Shown: positions 18,504 to 27,882 of the stretch, piece by piece | Numbering within the stretch: the stretch's first letter is position 1 | Layout of the letters: each line of letters opens with the position of its first letter | Source: Escherichia phage BEK2-2 | Sequence record: MN158213.1 | Direction: 5' to 3' (one strand) | DNA: 44,021 nucleotides | Position numbers and translations under genes: made by a program | Notes under the pieces: model-generated | Databases searched by the model: none | Told to the model about the DNA's origin: nothing | What the model saw: only the letters and a program-made list of their open reading frames with translations

Positions 18504-20794
18504 TACTTCCTGTACCTGTACATGATGTCGCCTTCGGCGGCAAGCGGGAAGCCTTTCGCCCAAACAGGCAGGTCGCACATCAGCGCGCATAGCTCCTCGG
18601 TCGTGTAGTCGTCAGTATCCGGAACCTCGGTGATCAGTTCATCGTGTACGGACAGTACGATCTCATACCCCGCAGCTTCAACGCCTGGCATGGACCATGC
18701 GAGAATATCGCGACACAGCGCCTGCACGATGTTTTCCGTCAGTTTGCCGCCGTAGGTATACTGGAAGCCCCACTGGCGCGTCGTCTGATTCTCGCCCTGG
18801 TATTTGATGCGGGTGCTGGTGCGCTTCTTGCCGGTGTCCTCGTCAATCTCTGTCGTGACAGACAGCGCGATGCCTGGGTAGCTCATGATGCGCCCTGACG
18901 GCAACTCAATTTTAAGCCACCACCCCGCCGCGTTCGGGTCGTCGCGCTCCTCGTCGAAGGTCGGGTCATGCTTCGCCTTCGTTCGAACAATTTTGAGCGC
19001 TTTCCTGCCATCCGGGCGAACGTTCGCGCCAGCCCAGTACGCTTTGCCCGGATTGCGGATCGCGCAGAGCACTGCGTCCTCCAGTTCGGCCCAAAATGCT
19101 ACCGTCATCGGGTGAGACTCACGCCACATACGTTTGATCGCGTCACACGTCAACCACACGTTTTTCGGCAGTATGTAAGTTGGGCGCTCGTCTTTCTTGC
19201 CAGGCTTCGGCGGGCGCTTGGCTTCGTTAATGCGGGCATACTCATAACCACGTTTCGCCGCGGCCCAAATATGATCGGGGAATGTGCCCTTCATGACGTC
19301 CGCCATCGCATACAGGTCGAGGCCCAGGTTTTTAGCAAACTGCAGGAACGCTGCAACACCGCCACCATAGCCCAACCCCAATTCGCACGCCTTACCAATC
19401 TGGCGCAAGTCTTTGCGGTTGGCTTTGATGTATTCCGGGTCGAGGCCAAACATCTTACCGGCAGTCTCACAATAGATATCACGACCGGCCTTAAACACCA
19501 TTAGCGCGGTTTTCTCGCCAGCGATCCAGGCAAGCCCGCGACCTTCCACGTTAGAATAGTCAGCTACAACAAACTTCTTGCCCTTAGCCGGGATAATGCA
19601 CCCGCGAACGGTCGAGGCCGTTAACTTCGATATGTCATACGCCCAGTGTGCAGTCCCGCGTAACAGGGAGTTGATGCCGTTGGTGAGCATGTGCGACCGG
19701 ACCCAAAAAGAAACGTCGCTCTCGCCATCACGGCGCTTAATCTTCCCTTCGTGGTCGTCGCTATACTCGCCGCGCGCCAGGTTTTGCGGCTGGAAGCCTT
19801 TGCCCGCCCAGCGTAGCGTGCGTTTCGCCCCACCATACTGGAGACACCCACGACGGCGACCATCTGCAGATAAGCCATTAACGAGCGGATTGTACTTAGT
19901 CGATGCCGTTGATGATGCACCGAGGCGCATCTCGATAAGCACTTTGCCCTCGTCGGGGAAGTCCGGGTCTTCCAGCAGGTCGTTAAGCGTGGATTTCTGC
20001 GCGTTGTGTATTGTGAACGCAGGCGCGAGGTCGCGCAGCGCTGGCAGGAAGTCATTGCCTGTCAGCTTACCGCCGAAGCGCTCCCATGCTTCTTCCTTCA
20101 ATTCTTCCTTATGCGCCTGCACCGCTTTGATCGCGGCGTTCGCCAGGTCAACGTCCACATAGAAGCCGCGGTCGTTGATCAACTGGTCAATAAGCAGGAT
20201 TTCATCTTCCTTCGGCGTGTTACCCCAGTCCGGTATGCGCCAGTAGACTTCCCTCATCGCTATAATGTCAAGCGCGGCATAGCGCAGGAATTTAGCCCAC
20301 TCCTCGGGGTGCGTCTCGCGCGTGTAGCGGCGGATTTTGTAGGTCTTAGGGGTTGGCTTACAGAATCGTTTGATCAGCGCCTTGCCCGCCTTATCCTTCG
20401 CGTGCTCTGCGTCAACGCCCAGCACCTGGCATTGCATATCGAGGCTACCCGGCAGCGCGTGGCGAAAGGCCATAATCATGGTATCTTCGATCTGGCCTAC
20501 CGGCAGGTCAATGCCCCACTTCTCGCGAATAACCAGGCGGTCAAACAGGAGGCCGTTAGCCATCACGATTTTTGCTTTCTTGCGGGATACCTGGCGGAGC
20601 GCCTTGCGCAGTTCACGCGGCATTGTGGGGGATTCGGTGCAATCCCAGGTCTGCACGCGGCCCTCGTCGATGGCGTATGTGCAAATCATAATCTCAGTAG
20701 TTGGGTGTTCCGCGTAGGCGTATGCGCCCACTTTCTTCAGATCCACCCCGCTAAATGTCTCGGTATCGAGAAACAGGCGTTCAAAGTCTTTCAT
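18503..20794 (-). CDS. Family A DNA polymerase with N-terminal 3'-5' exonuclease domain
   Basis: Exo I motif FLDTET; motif A VVADYSNVEGR; motif B RQIGKACELGLGYGGG; motif C SVHDE. Confidence 0.92.
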   Translation of the reverse strand: MKDFERLFLDTETFSGVDLKKVGAYAYAEHPTTEIMICTYAIDEGRVQTWDCTESPTMPRELRKALRQVSRKKAKIVMANGLLFDRLVIREKWGIDLPVGQIEDTMIMAFRHALPGSLDMQCQVLGVDAEHAKDKAGKALIKRFCKPTPKTYKIRRYTRETHPEEWAKFLRYAALDIIAMREVYWRIPDWGNTPKEDEILLIDQLINDRGFYVDVDLANAAIKAVQAHKEELKEEAWERFGGKLTGNDFLPALRDLAPAFTIHNAQKSTLNDLLEDPDFPDEGKVLIEMRLGASSTASTKYNPLVNGLSADGRRRGCLQYGGAKRTLRWAGKGFQPQNLARGEYSDDHEGKIKRRDGESDVSFWVRSHMLTNGINSLLRGTAHWAYDISKLTASTVRGCIIPAKGKKFVVADYSNVEGRGLAWIAGEKTALMVFKAGRDIYCETAGKMFGLDPEYIKANRKDLRQIGKACELGLGYGGGVAAFLQFAKNLGLDLYAMADVMKGTFPDHIWAAAKRGYEYARINEAKRPPKPGKKDERPTYILPKNVWLTCDAIKRMWRESHPMTVAFWAELEDAVLCAIRNPGKAYWAGANVRPDGRKALKIVRTKAKHDPTFDEERDDPNAAGWWLKIELPSGRIMSYPGIALSVTTEIDEDTGKKRTSTRIKYQGENQTTRQWGFQYTYGGKLTENIVQALCRDILAWSMPGVEAAGYEIVLSVHDELITEVPDTDDYTTEELCALMCDLPVWAKGFPLAAEGDIMYRYRK

Positions 20795-20964
20795 TGCTTA
20801 ATCCTCACTACGGCGTCGGCGCTGCCGATCATGGAGAAGATGCCGTCGGAAAGGGTTATCTCCTCGCCGTTGTTGCGAATCTCGGCAACGGTGAAATATT
20901 CCCCCAGCAATTTGGACCATACCTGCATTCCGACTTTTACTTCGCTGGCTTTAATGCGCATTTT
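20795..20964 (-). CDS. Small hypothetical protein (about 56 aa, below ORF-track cutoff)
   Basis: Hand-translated ORF MRIKASEVKVGMQVW... whose stop overlaps the polymerase start; weak ribosome-binding site. Confidence 0.25.
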
Positions 20965-20974
20965 TCATTGTCCT

Positions 20975-21008
20975 ATTAAAAAGCCCGCATTAAGCGGGCT
21001 TGAATAGT
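20975..21008 (-). terminator. Intrinsic terminator downstream of SSB-like gene
   Basis: On the - strand, hairpin agcccgcttaatgcgggct followed by TTTTT. Confidence 0.5.
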
Positions 21009-21019
21009 GGGCCTTGCCC

Positions 21020-21793
21020 TTAACGGCGGCGACGTTTGCGTGGTGCTTCGTCTTCGTCGTCGTCCTCATCATCTTCGTCATCGCGTGGCTTACGACGTTT
21101 ACGAGGTTTCTCATCTTCGTCGTCATCGTCATCGCGGCGCTTGGACTTTTTGGACTTGCGCGGCTTGTCGTCTTCGTCATCGCGGCGCTTGGACTTTTTG
21201 GACTTGCGCGGGCTTTCATCTTCGTCGTCGTTGTCCAGGTCTTCATCGGAGCACGAAGACCCGCCACCGAAGGCTTCACCGTCATCACGGAAGCGTAAAC
21301 CCAGCAGTCCAGCACCGAGTCCCTTGCCGTTGGTGTTGTTCCACGCCCAAATATCCAGTGACACATTGCAATAACAACCGGAGTAGATCTCCTTGCCTTC
21401 GATTTCGTCGCCTTCTACGGTCAGGCCCTGTTCGGTCTGCTTCTCGCCGAGTGACGTTTGGATGTTTGGCTGTTTGAACGATTTAGCGTTGATGTACAAC
21501 ATTCCTTCGAATTCTTCGGTTACTTCATCGCGCTCGTCGCCGTCGCGAACTGCACATTCCTTAGAATCCTGGGCGTAGTGGCGGTCCATCCACTTATCGG
21601 CATTCTTCTCGGATTTCAGCTTGTCGGTGAGCACTGCGCGCGCTGCCGCTTCCACTTTGTCCACCTGCGGATCTTCTTTATCAAGAAGAATCACGGCGCG
21701 GTATGCCGGTTTTTGTCCATCCTGTTTAGGGGTATCACGTTCCCAAATTTTCAGGAAACATACGCGCACATTTTTCAGGTTGACTTTAGCCAT
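21020..21793 (-). CDS. DUF2815-like single-stranded DNA-binding protein with highly charged repetitive C-terminal tail
   Basis: N-terminus MAKVNLKNVRVCFLKIWE typical of DUF2815; C-terminal DDEDDKPRKSKKSKRRDD repeats encoded by a tandem DNA repeat near 21100-21220. Confidence 0.6.
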   Translation of the reverse strand: MAKVNLKNVRVCFLKIWERDTPKQDGQKPAYRAVILLDKEDPQVDKVEAAARAVLTDKLKSEKNADKWMDRHYAQDSKECAVRDGDERDEVTEEFEGMLYINAKSFKQPNIQTSLGEKQTEQGLTVEGDEIEGKEIYSGCYCNVSLDIWAWNNTNGKGLGAGLLGLRFRDDGEAFGGGSSCSDEDLDNDDEDESPRKSKKSKRRDDEDDKPRKSKKSKRRDDDDDEDEKPRKRRKPRDDEDDEDDDEDEAPRKRRRR

Positions 21794-21883
21794 TTTCCAA
21801 TTCCTCATTTTCACATGTATCGGGGTTATTGGAAGCCACCCCGTTCGGCTTGGTTGCTAATTTACTTGGTTGCGCCTAAGCGG

Positions 21884-22126
21884 TCAAGCATTTTCACTAA
21901 AAAGATTTCTGGTAACGTAGTTGGTGGCGTTCTCGATCCAGCTTAGCGGCGGTCGGTCGATGTTCTTTTCCACCCAATCGACGGCAACTTCGCTATAGCC
22001 GTCATCCAGCCAGCGGGTCGGATGGCGAATCATCCACGCCACCATTAACACGCCTTGCACGCAATGCAGGATAAAGCCCAGCGCGCCGAGCAAAAACATC
22101 AATAAGATTGCAAATACTTTATTCAT
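21884..22126 (-). CDS. Small membrane protein
   Basis: Hydrophobic N-terminus MNKVFAILLMFLLGALGFIL; start overlaps the upstream nuclease gene end. Confidence 0.45.
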   Translation of the reverse strand: MNKVFAILLMFLLGALGFILHCVQGVLMVAWMIRHPTRWLDDGYSEVAVDWVEKNIDRPPLSWIENATNYVTRNLFSENA

Positions 22127-23549
22127 TGCTTAAGTCCTCGTCAGTAGCTTCCGACCACGCAGGGCGCGGGTCGTCGATCGGTGCTAACACCGGTTTAGCT
22201 GGCGCGCGTGTGATTTTATCACACAGCTTAGCCCACACTTTCGGTTTTTCGTCCTTCAGTACCTTCTCGGCATCCGTAGGGCTGAGCAATGTTTCTTTGT
22301 ACATCACATCGCGCTTGATCCGGGCCTTCGTGAAGATTTCAATAACTTCGCTCTCGTCCGCCCACTTACGGACCCCTTCCTTACCGGCAACCATCTTGAG
22401 GCCCAGCGATTCGCCATCGCCCGCCATTACCGCTTTGAATACCGCGGACTCGATAGCCTTGATGTGCTGGCGCATTGCGTCCAGGCCTTCATAAGCCTTG
22501 CGCAGTTCTGCGGCGGTCATAGCGCCGGGGGCCGCTTCTTTCTTGCCACGCTTCGCACGTCGGGCCGCCTTCCGGGCTTCGCGGGCCATATTGCGGTCGT
22601 GATTGGCGCATTCTTCCTCTGTCGCAATACTCACGTCGTCGCCCAGGTCTTCGTCTGTTGCCGTTGGCGGGGCCATCGTGTCGATTGCGGCCTTAGCGCG
22701 GGCGCTACACTGATCCGCAAATCTGCACCACTGACACGCATCAACGCTCGGTCGGAAGTCGGCACGGGTGAGTCCCTTTTTGCCGCGGGCGTACGCTTCC
22801 AGGGCGGCGATAGCACGCTTGGACGCAAACTTCGCGAATATCTCCAGGGCTTCTACCGAAATATCCCACTCCGACGCCCCGCCGCAATACGGCTGGAAGA
22901 TAACCAGGCGCACGGTCGTGATGTCGTACATGGATTGCAGCTTGCGCAGCAGGCCGAGCGCATACAGCATGAGCTGTTTGTTTTCTTTCGCCTCGACCTT
23001 ATGCCGCCCCGTCTTCAGGTCGCCAACAATCAGCATGTACGTGCCGTCGGTCTTCTTCATGACCATGACCATATCCGCAGTGCCGAACGTCTTAACCCGG
23101 TTGCCGTCGATCTCGAAGCCCGAGTGTAGGACGCGGGTGAGATCGGCGCGCATCTCAAGCTGAACAAACTCCGCCACTTCGAGGAGCGGTCGCCAGTGGT
23201 CGATGTACGCGTCGCACTGTTTCACCATGTCGTCGTTGACCAGTACGCCGCCTTTCGGCGCTTTCGGGTGCGCCTTTACCGGCCCCTTACCTTCGTTCTC
23301 GACGTAGCACCCTTTGTACGTTTTCGCGGTTATCAGCTTCTCACCGGCGATAATGCGGTTAAGCACGACTTCCGATACTGTGTGCATACTCGTACCGTTA
23401 ATAGCCGCTTGCCCGGATTCGTTCGGGATACCCTGTTCTACCACCAGGGCCGCGGGACACCCCATCCATTTTTTAGCACCGGATGGCCCGAGTAATGAAT
23501 GTTCCGTATTACTACCGGATTGTGTTTTGCGCTTCGGTTTAATCGCCAT
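22119..23549 (-). CDS. RecB/Cas4-like PD-(D/E)XK nuclease (DUF2800-like) with C-terminal cysteine cluster
   Basis: IVGDLKTG and QLMLYALGL (QxxxY) motifs plus CQWCRFADQC cluster; position upstream of SSB-like and polymerase genes. Confidence 0.65.
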   Translation of the reverse strand: MAIKPKRKTQSGSNTEHSLLGPSGAKKWMGCPAALVVEQGIPNESGQAAINGTSMHTVSEVVLNRIIAGEKLITAKTYKGCYVENEGKGPVKAHPKAPKGGVLVNDDMVKQCDAYIDHWRPLLEVAEFVQLEMRADLTRVLHSGFEIDGNRVKTFGTADMVMVMKKTDGTYMLIVGDLKTGRHKVEAKENKQLMLYALGLLRKLQSMYDITTVRLVIFQPYCGGASEWDISVEALEIFAKFASKRAIAALEAYARGKKGLTRADFRPSVDACQWCRFADQCSARAKAAIDTMAPPTATDEDLGDDVSIATEEECANHDRNMAREARKAARRAKRGKKEAAPGAMTAAELRKAYEGLDAMRQHIKAIESAVFKAVMAGDGESLGLKMVAGKEGVRKWADESEVIEIFTKARIKRDVMYKETLLSPTDAEKVLKDEKPKVWAKLCDKITRAPAKPVLAPIDDPRPAWSEATDEDLSNE

Positions 23550-23737
23550 TATTCCACCCTTGAAAATTGAGCAATGTAATAATCGTGTTCAACATTGGCC
23601 CGCTTCGCGGCATTGTTCATGGTAGCCGCCAGTCCTCGAGCTTGCGTCCAGCAGCAATTCCAGTTTTGATTCATAATAATTTCTGGTTGCTCGTCGCCGG
23701 TAATACGGCAACGAAATAAAACAAAGAAGATAGCCAT
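23549..23737 (-). CDS. Hypothetical small protein
   Basis: 62 aa ORF fitting the gap in the operon; no motif. Confidence 0.3.
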   Translation of the reverse strand: MAIFFVLFRCRITGDEQPEIIMNQNWNCCWTQARGLAATMNNAAKRANVEHDYYIAQFSRVE

Positions 23738-23989
23738 TTATTTTGTCTCCCAGCGGTCAATTGTTCTTGCTTCGGATGCAACTGCGAATCGAACATATTC
23801 CAGATTGGACTCCGCCCAAATATAAAAGTCGGGATTAGTAAAGGTGGTGCGCTTGATTTGCGCGGGTGTATTGCGGCGTTTATCTATTACGGCAACTCGC
23901 GACTGAAAGCTGCCGATGCGTTCGAATAGCCAATAGTAAGGGCGTTGGTCGCGTGAATCCACCGCCTCGATTAGCGTGAAGCGTGCCAT
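23738..23989 (-). CDS. Hypothetical protein
   Basis: 83 aa ORF in the leftward operon. Confidence 0.4.
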   Translation of the reverse strand: MARFTLIEAVDSRDQRPYYWLFERIGSFQSRVAVIDKRRNTPAQIKRTTFTNPDFYIWAESNLEYVRFAVASEARTIDRWETK

Positions 23990-23996
23990 TGTCTCG

Positions 23997-24032
23997 TCCT
24001 CTAAAAAGAGGCCCGCTAATCTGCGGGCCGGA
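23997..24032 (-). terminator. Intrinsic terminator or attenuator after the first leftward early gene
   Basis: On the - strand, hairpin ggcccgcagattagcgggcc followed by TCTTTTT. Confidence 0.5.
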
Positions 24033-24037
24033 ATATA

Positions 24038-24553
24038 TTAATCTTCCAGTTCGAAATAGGTTTCGACGATTTCTTTTAGCTCTTTGTGGAAGTCTTCGAC
24101 GTCGTCATCTTCCAGCTTGGCGATTGATTTGATCTCGAACGATTCCAGCAGGTCGTCGAATTCGTCGTTCGCGTCGTCGTCATCACCACCGGCAATAATA
24201 GCGGCATATTGTTTGATTTCGTCGCGCATCTCCGCCAGCGGATCGGCATCTTTCTTGCCTTTGCCTTTCGCCGGGGCTTTTTTAGATTTAGCCGGTTTTT
24301 CGTCTTCGGCATCATCGTCGTCGTCGTCATCTTCTACGACTTCTTTTTTGGCCTTACCCTTCGCCGGTGCTTTTTTAGCTTTAGCCGGTTTTTCGTCTTC
24401 GTCGTCGTCATCTTCGACAACTTCTTTTTTGGCCTTAGACGGCTTCTTGTCTTCCTGTTTACCAACGGCAGCGCCAACGGTTTCATAATGCTTTGCAATG
24501 GTTTCCAGTGCTACTACGCCGCGAGTGATCAGGTTTACGATTTGCTCAAACAT
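24038..24553 (-). CDS. Highly acidic Lys/Asp/Glu repeat protein, first gene of the leftward early operon (candidate DNA mimic)
   Basis: Start placed at MFEQIVN with GGAGA site (ORF track extends to 24733); two KKEVVEDDDD(E/D)DEKPAK(A/S)KKAPAKGK repeats from a tandem DNA repeat about 24230-24440. Confidence 0.6.
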   Translation of the reverse strand: MFEQIVNLITRGVVALETIAKHYETVGAAVGKQEDKKPSKAKKEVVEDDDDEDEKPAKAKKAPAKGKAKKEVVEDDDDDDDAEDEKPAKSKKAPAKGKGKKDADPLAEMRDEIKQYAAIIAGGDDDDANDEFDDLLESFEIKSIAKLEDDDVEDFHKELKEIVETYFELED

Positions 24554-24895
24554 GGTATATCTCCGATTGGTTAAGTTTAGGTGTCGGCAGTTAACTTCGT
24601 CGGTGGCCTTAACATATTGCCAGGTTACGCGTTCTCCCGTTCGGGTAGTGGACCTGGTTATATAATCACGGTTGGGAATCCTGACACTTCGATCCGGCCC
24701 CTGCGTTGCCCCTCTCCAGTTTGCGTCCTGCATCCTGTCGACGGAGTGAATGATAGATTGGTTGCAGGATGGGTGTCAACAACTAATTTCAAAAAAAAAG
24801 CGCCGAGGCAAAATGCGACGGCGCTAACCAATAAGAGACAATGAGACGGGAATTATTATTACACGCGTGCGCGCCCGTTTCAATATCCAAAGGAT

Positions 24896-24924
24896 TTGAC
24901 ACCGTGCAGTTTTGGGTGTAGTTT
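24896..24924 (+). promoter_or_regulatory. Putative sigma70-type promoter for the rightward early operon
   Basis: Perfect -35 TTGACA, 17 bp spacer, weak -10 TAGTTT, about 30 bp upstream of the 24956 gene. Confidence 0.3.
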
Positions 24925-24955
24925 CGTTGGTCATTAACCAACAGGAGACTGAATT

Positions 24956-25285
24956 ATGAATATCAAAGAAGCAATTGAAGTGTTATCTAATGCAATCCGC
25001 GGCGAAGCGGGTAAATCCTGGTATTACACAAATGCGGTGGATACTCTGTTATTTGAAGTGTCCAGATTATCGCGTGCTGAGAAGGAGCTTACCGCGAAGC
25101 TGGAATTGCTCAACGGCACGGCAGCAAGCAAGCTGCAAAAACACAATGAAGAAATGGAAGAATACAAAAAGCAGGTTATCCGTTTACGCAATGAGGGAAA
25201 GTCATGGGCAATGATCGCCGAGTTGACCGGAATTAATCAGAGCACAGTGCGCTCCTGGGTACGCAATAATAAAACTTCAAAGTAA
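24956..25285 (+). CDS. Putative HTH transcriptional regulator
   Basis: C-terminal helix-turn-helix-like segment SWAMIAELTGINQSTVRSWVRNN; first gene of the rightward early operon. Confidence 0.55.
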   Translation: MNIKEAIEVLSNAIRGEAGKSWYYTNAVDTLLFEVSRLSRAEKELTAKLELLNGTAASKLQKHNEEMEEYKKQVIRLRNEGKSWAMIAELTGINQSTVRSWVRNNKTSK

Positions 25286-25295
25286 GGCAACGGCA

Positions 25296-27560
25296 ATGAG
25301 CTTGATTAAATTCGCTGTAACACGACCCGCTAAAAAAGGCGAAAAAGCCAGGGCGGAAAACTTCCAGATGAGTACCGAAGAGTTTTTCGAATTTATCAAT
25401 GATGCGAAAGAAATCTCCTCGGTGCATATCAACAAAACGGAAGATAAAGCGGAGTATGCGCGCCGCAAGCGTAAGGCTGATGGGATTGTGGCTTATACCA
25501 GTGACGGATTACGCCGCAAGACCAGTGCGGTGGACCGCTCGATCCTGTTCTTCGATATTGACCGTACCGACACCCGCACCCTACGCCGCTGCCGTAAGGC
25601 TTTCATCGACGCGGGGCTGGAGCACGTATTCCACACAACCACCGGCGACCGTCACCCGCTTAAGGGCGGAACGCGTTGCGCTCGCTTCCTGGTACTCACT
25701 GACAAGCCTGTACCGGCTGAAGACCTGGGCCGTGTCCAGTATGCGCTATTACACCAACTTGGCCTGTCAGATGTGGACTTCGACGATTGCACGAAAGACA
25801 CAAACCGCCTGATGTACCTGCCACACCAGCAGTCTGTTATTAAATGCCATTACGGAAAGCGCGCCCGTGTCCGTCGTCTGCTTCGCCTGGCCGATAAGCT
25901 GGGAATGGAAAAAGAGGAAGTACGACGAGAACTGACCCAGGGCGATAACGGCGTGGCGGACGGTATTCTGGATTGGTGCTTCCAGGCGGGATTCGAACCG
26001 CTGTCGTCCGGTCGTGGTTATGAAGTGCCATGCCCGAACGAACACCTGCACAGTGGTGAAGGGTCCACCGCTATCATGGTTAAGGATGGCGAGATCCGTT
26101 TCAAGTGTATGCACACCGGCAACGAGTGTTGCTCGGAGCTAAATAGACACCAGCACCTTGCGCTACGCCTCATCGGGATACCGGACCACCTGAACGTCGA
26201 ACCGCACAACATGTCACGTAAGCAAATCGCCGCCATCCTCCCAGGGCTGGACGACGAGGAAGTCGAATCCTTATATGAACATATTGTTGATGCGGTTGGC
26301 GACGGCGAAGAATACGGCGTGTGCACCGATGCGGATCTGGATAACGAGCCGGTTGCGCTGTTCAGTAAGCACGACCCGATTATCGAGGGGTTGGTTAACT
26401 TTAAATCAACCTGGTATATGGCGGGTGAGTCGAACATCGGTAAATCGTTCTACGTGCTGGGGCAAATGGGTGCGGTTGCCGCGGGGATTCCGTTCGGTGG
26501 CGCGAAGGTCGTCCAGTCTCATTGCTTCTATTTCGACGCGGAAGGTGGCGAAGCCTCCAACCAGCGTAAGGAAGCATTGCAGATTAAATATGAGCACGAC
26601 CTGGACAAGCTGCACATTATCGATCTGCAATCACGCGGCTGGGATATCACCAGCAAATCCGGCTTGCGTGAAGTTATCAGCTTCATCAACCGCACCGCTA
26701 ACGGCGAGCCGGTTGGCCTGGTGGCGTTCGACTCACTCAACCAGACTGTTGCGCTGCGGTCCGCCGATGCTAAACCGTTCGACGAGAACAACGCCAGCGA
26801 TATGGGTGAAGTGGTCAAGGCGCTGAAGGCCATTGCGGAAAATACAGGCGGCAGTGCGGGCGTCATCCACCACCCGGCGAAGGGTGCAAACGGCAGCAGA
26901 TCTCCCCGTGGGTCCGGCGCGCTGCATGGCGCTGTCGATTCTGCGTTCTTCCTGGAGCAACCGGACGACAATCAGCCGGGCCAATTGAACCTGTATCACG
27001 AAAAGGCACGTAACGGCATCAAGCAAGCGCCGCGCGGCTTCGTCCTGCTCAAGTGCAAGGTTAAGGTGGATCTCCGCAAGTCCGAAGCGTTCGAATCACA
27101 CCAGTCCACCAGCATCGGGCCTGACTTCGGCGACGTGGTTGCCGGTTGGGACGTCAAGCCAATTGCATCCACGCCACGCGACGAGACTCTTTATCTCGTA
27201 CCGGTCGCCCTGGCACCGTTCGCCATCGAACAGGCAAAGGCCGCGGGCAAGGCCGCAGTTAAGGATGAGAACGCCGCAGGACCGCGCAACGAAAAAGAGA
27301 AAGTTCTTTATGCGGCACTGGAAAAACTGATGGAAGATAACCCGGACCATACCGGATTCAGTAAATCGGCAATTGTCCGCCAGGCTGGACTTGCGAAAGG
27401 TGGCACATCGACGAAGGCAATAGACGATATGGTGGAGCGCGGCGTGCTCGGTTTTTATACAGATCCGCACACCGGGGCCATCTATGGGTCGTCGAATATC
27501 GTCATCAAAACGAATATACCCATCACGCTTTCTGCGACCGACGATGACCTGAAAGATTAA
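25296..27560 (+). CDS. DNA primase/helicase (prim-pol-like N-terminus plus RecA-fold helicase)
   Basis: N-terminal FFDIDR (DxD); C-terminal Walker A GESNIGKS and Walker B-like VGLVAFDSLNQ. Confidence 0.7.
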   Translation: MSLIKFAVTRPAKKGEKARAENFQMSTEEFFEFINDAKEISSVHINKTEDKAEYARRKRKADGIVAYTSDGLRRKTSAVDRSILFFDIDRTDTRTLRRCRKAFIDAGLEHVFHTTTGDRHPLKGGTRCARFLVLTDKPVPAEDLGRVQYALLHQLGLSDVDFDDCTKDTNRLMYLPHQQSVIKCHYGKRARVRRLLRLADKLGMEKEEVRRELTQGDNGVADGILDWCFQAGFEPLSSGRGYEVPCPNEHLHSGEGSTAIMVKDGEIRFKCMHTGNECCSELNRHQHLALRLIGIPDHLNVEPHNMSRKQIAAILPGLDDEEVESLYEHIVDAVGDGEEYGVCTDADLDNEPVALFSKHDPIIEGLVNFKSTWYMAGESNIGKSFYVLGQMGAVAAGIPFGGAKVVQSHCFYFDAEGGEASNQRKEALQIKYEHDLDKLHIIDLQSRGWDITSKSGLREVISFINRTANGEPVGLVAFDSLNQTVALRSADAKPFDENNASDMGEVVKALKAIAENTGGSAGVIHHPAKGANGSRSPRGSGALHGAVDSAFFLEQPDDNQPGQLNLYHEKARNGIKQAPRGFVLLKCKVKVDLRKSEAFESHQSTSIGPDFGDVVAGWDVKPIASTPRDETLYLVPVALAPFAIEQAKAAGKAAVKDENAAGPRNEKEKVLYAALEKLMEDNPDHTGFSKSAIVRQAGLAKGGTSTKAIDDMVERGVLGFYTDPHTGAIYGSSNIVIKTNIPITLSATDDDLKD

Positions 27561-27670
27561 ATCCAGCGCGCATTGGTTGCCGATATGGGGATTCCCATAT
27601 CGCTAAAAGGTTAAATCCTGCGCGCATTGGTTGCCATTTTTAGTGTTTTTATCCGGTCGTATTGGTTGCC
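27557..27670. repeat. Direct repeats ttaaatccWgcgcgcattggttgcc (two copies plus a third partial) flanking palindrome gatatggg-N-cccatatc
   Basis: Read directly, immediately after the primase/helicase stop codon. Confidence 0.6.
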
Positions 27671-27721
27671 GTGTAGTGTGAATACAGTGAATAGTTATGC
27701 AATAAAACTGCATAAACCAAA

Positions 27722-27828
27722 CGGGACAGAAAGCGGGACAAACATGGGGCGGGACAAAGCGGGACAGCACCCCCGTCCCGCCCCGGATGGCGCGGCCTGG
27801 CGGGGAGCGGGACAAGCGGGACAAACCC
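27722..27828. repeat. GGGACA iteron-like array, copy B
   Basis: Direct GGGACA units and palindrome GGGACAGCACCCCCGTCCC; homologous to copy A at 147-330. Confidence 0.7.
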
Positions 27829-27882
27829 CAGTCTTTCAGACTAGACGGGGGTCAATGGCCCCCCTCGTCTGAGACTGAATAA
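27829..27882. promoter_or_regulatory. Conserved 54 bp imperfect hairpin element, copy B
   Basis: Identical to 331-384. Confidence 0.6.

Noticed and set aside
24554-24733. In-frame N-terminal extension of the acidic repeat protein (ORF track start at 24733)
   Set aside because: The extension is Arg-rich and compositionally unlike the rest, has no ribosome-binding site, and a good GGAGA-ATG start exists at 24553; treated as 5' leader.
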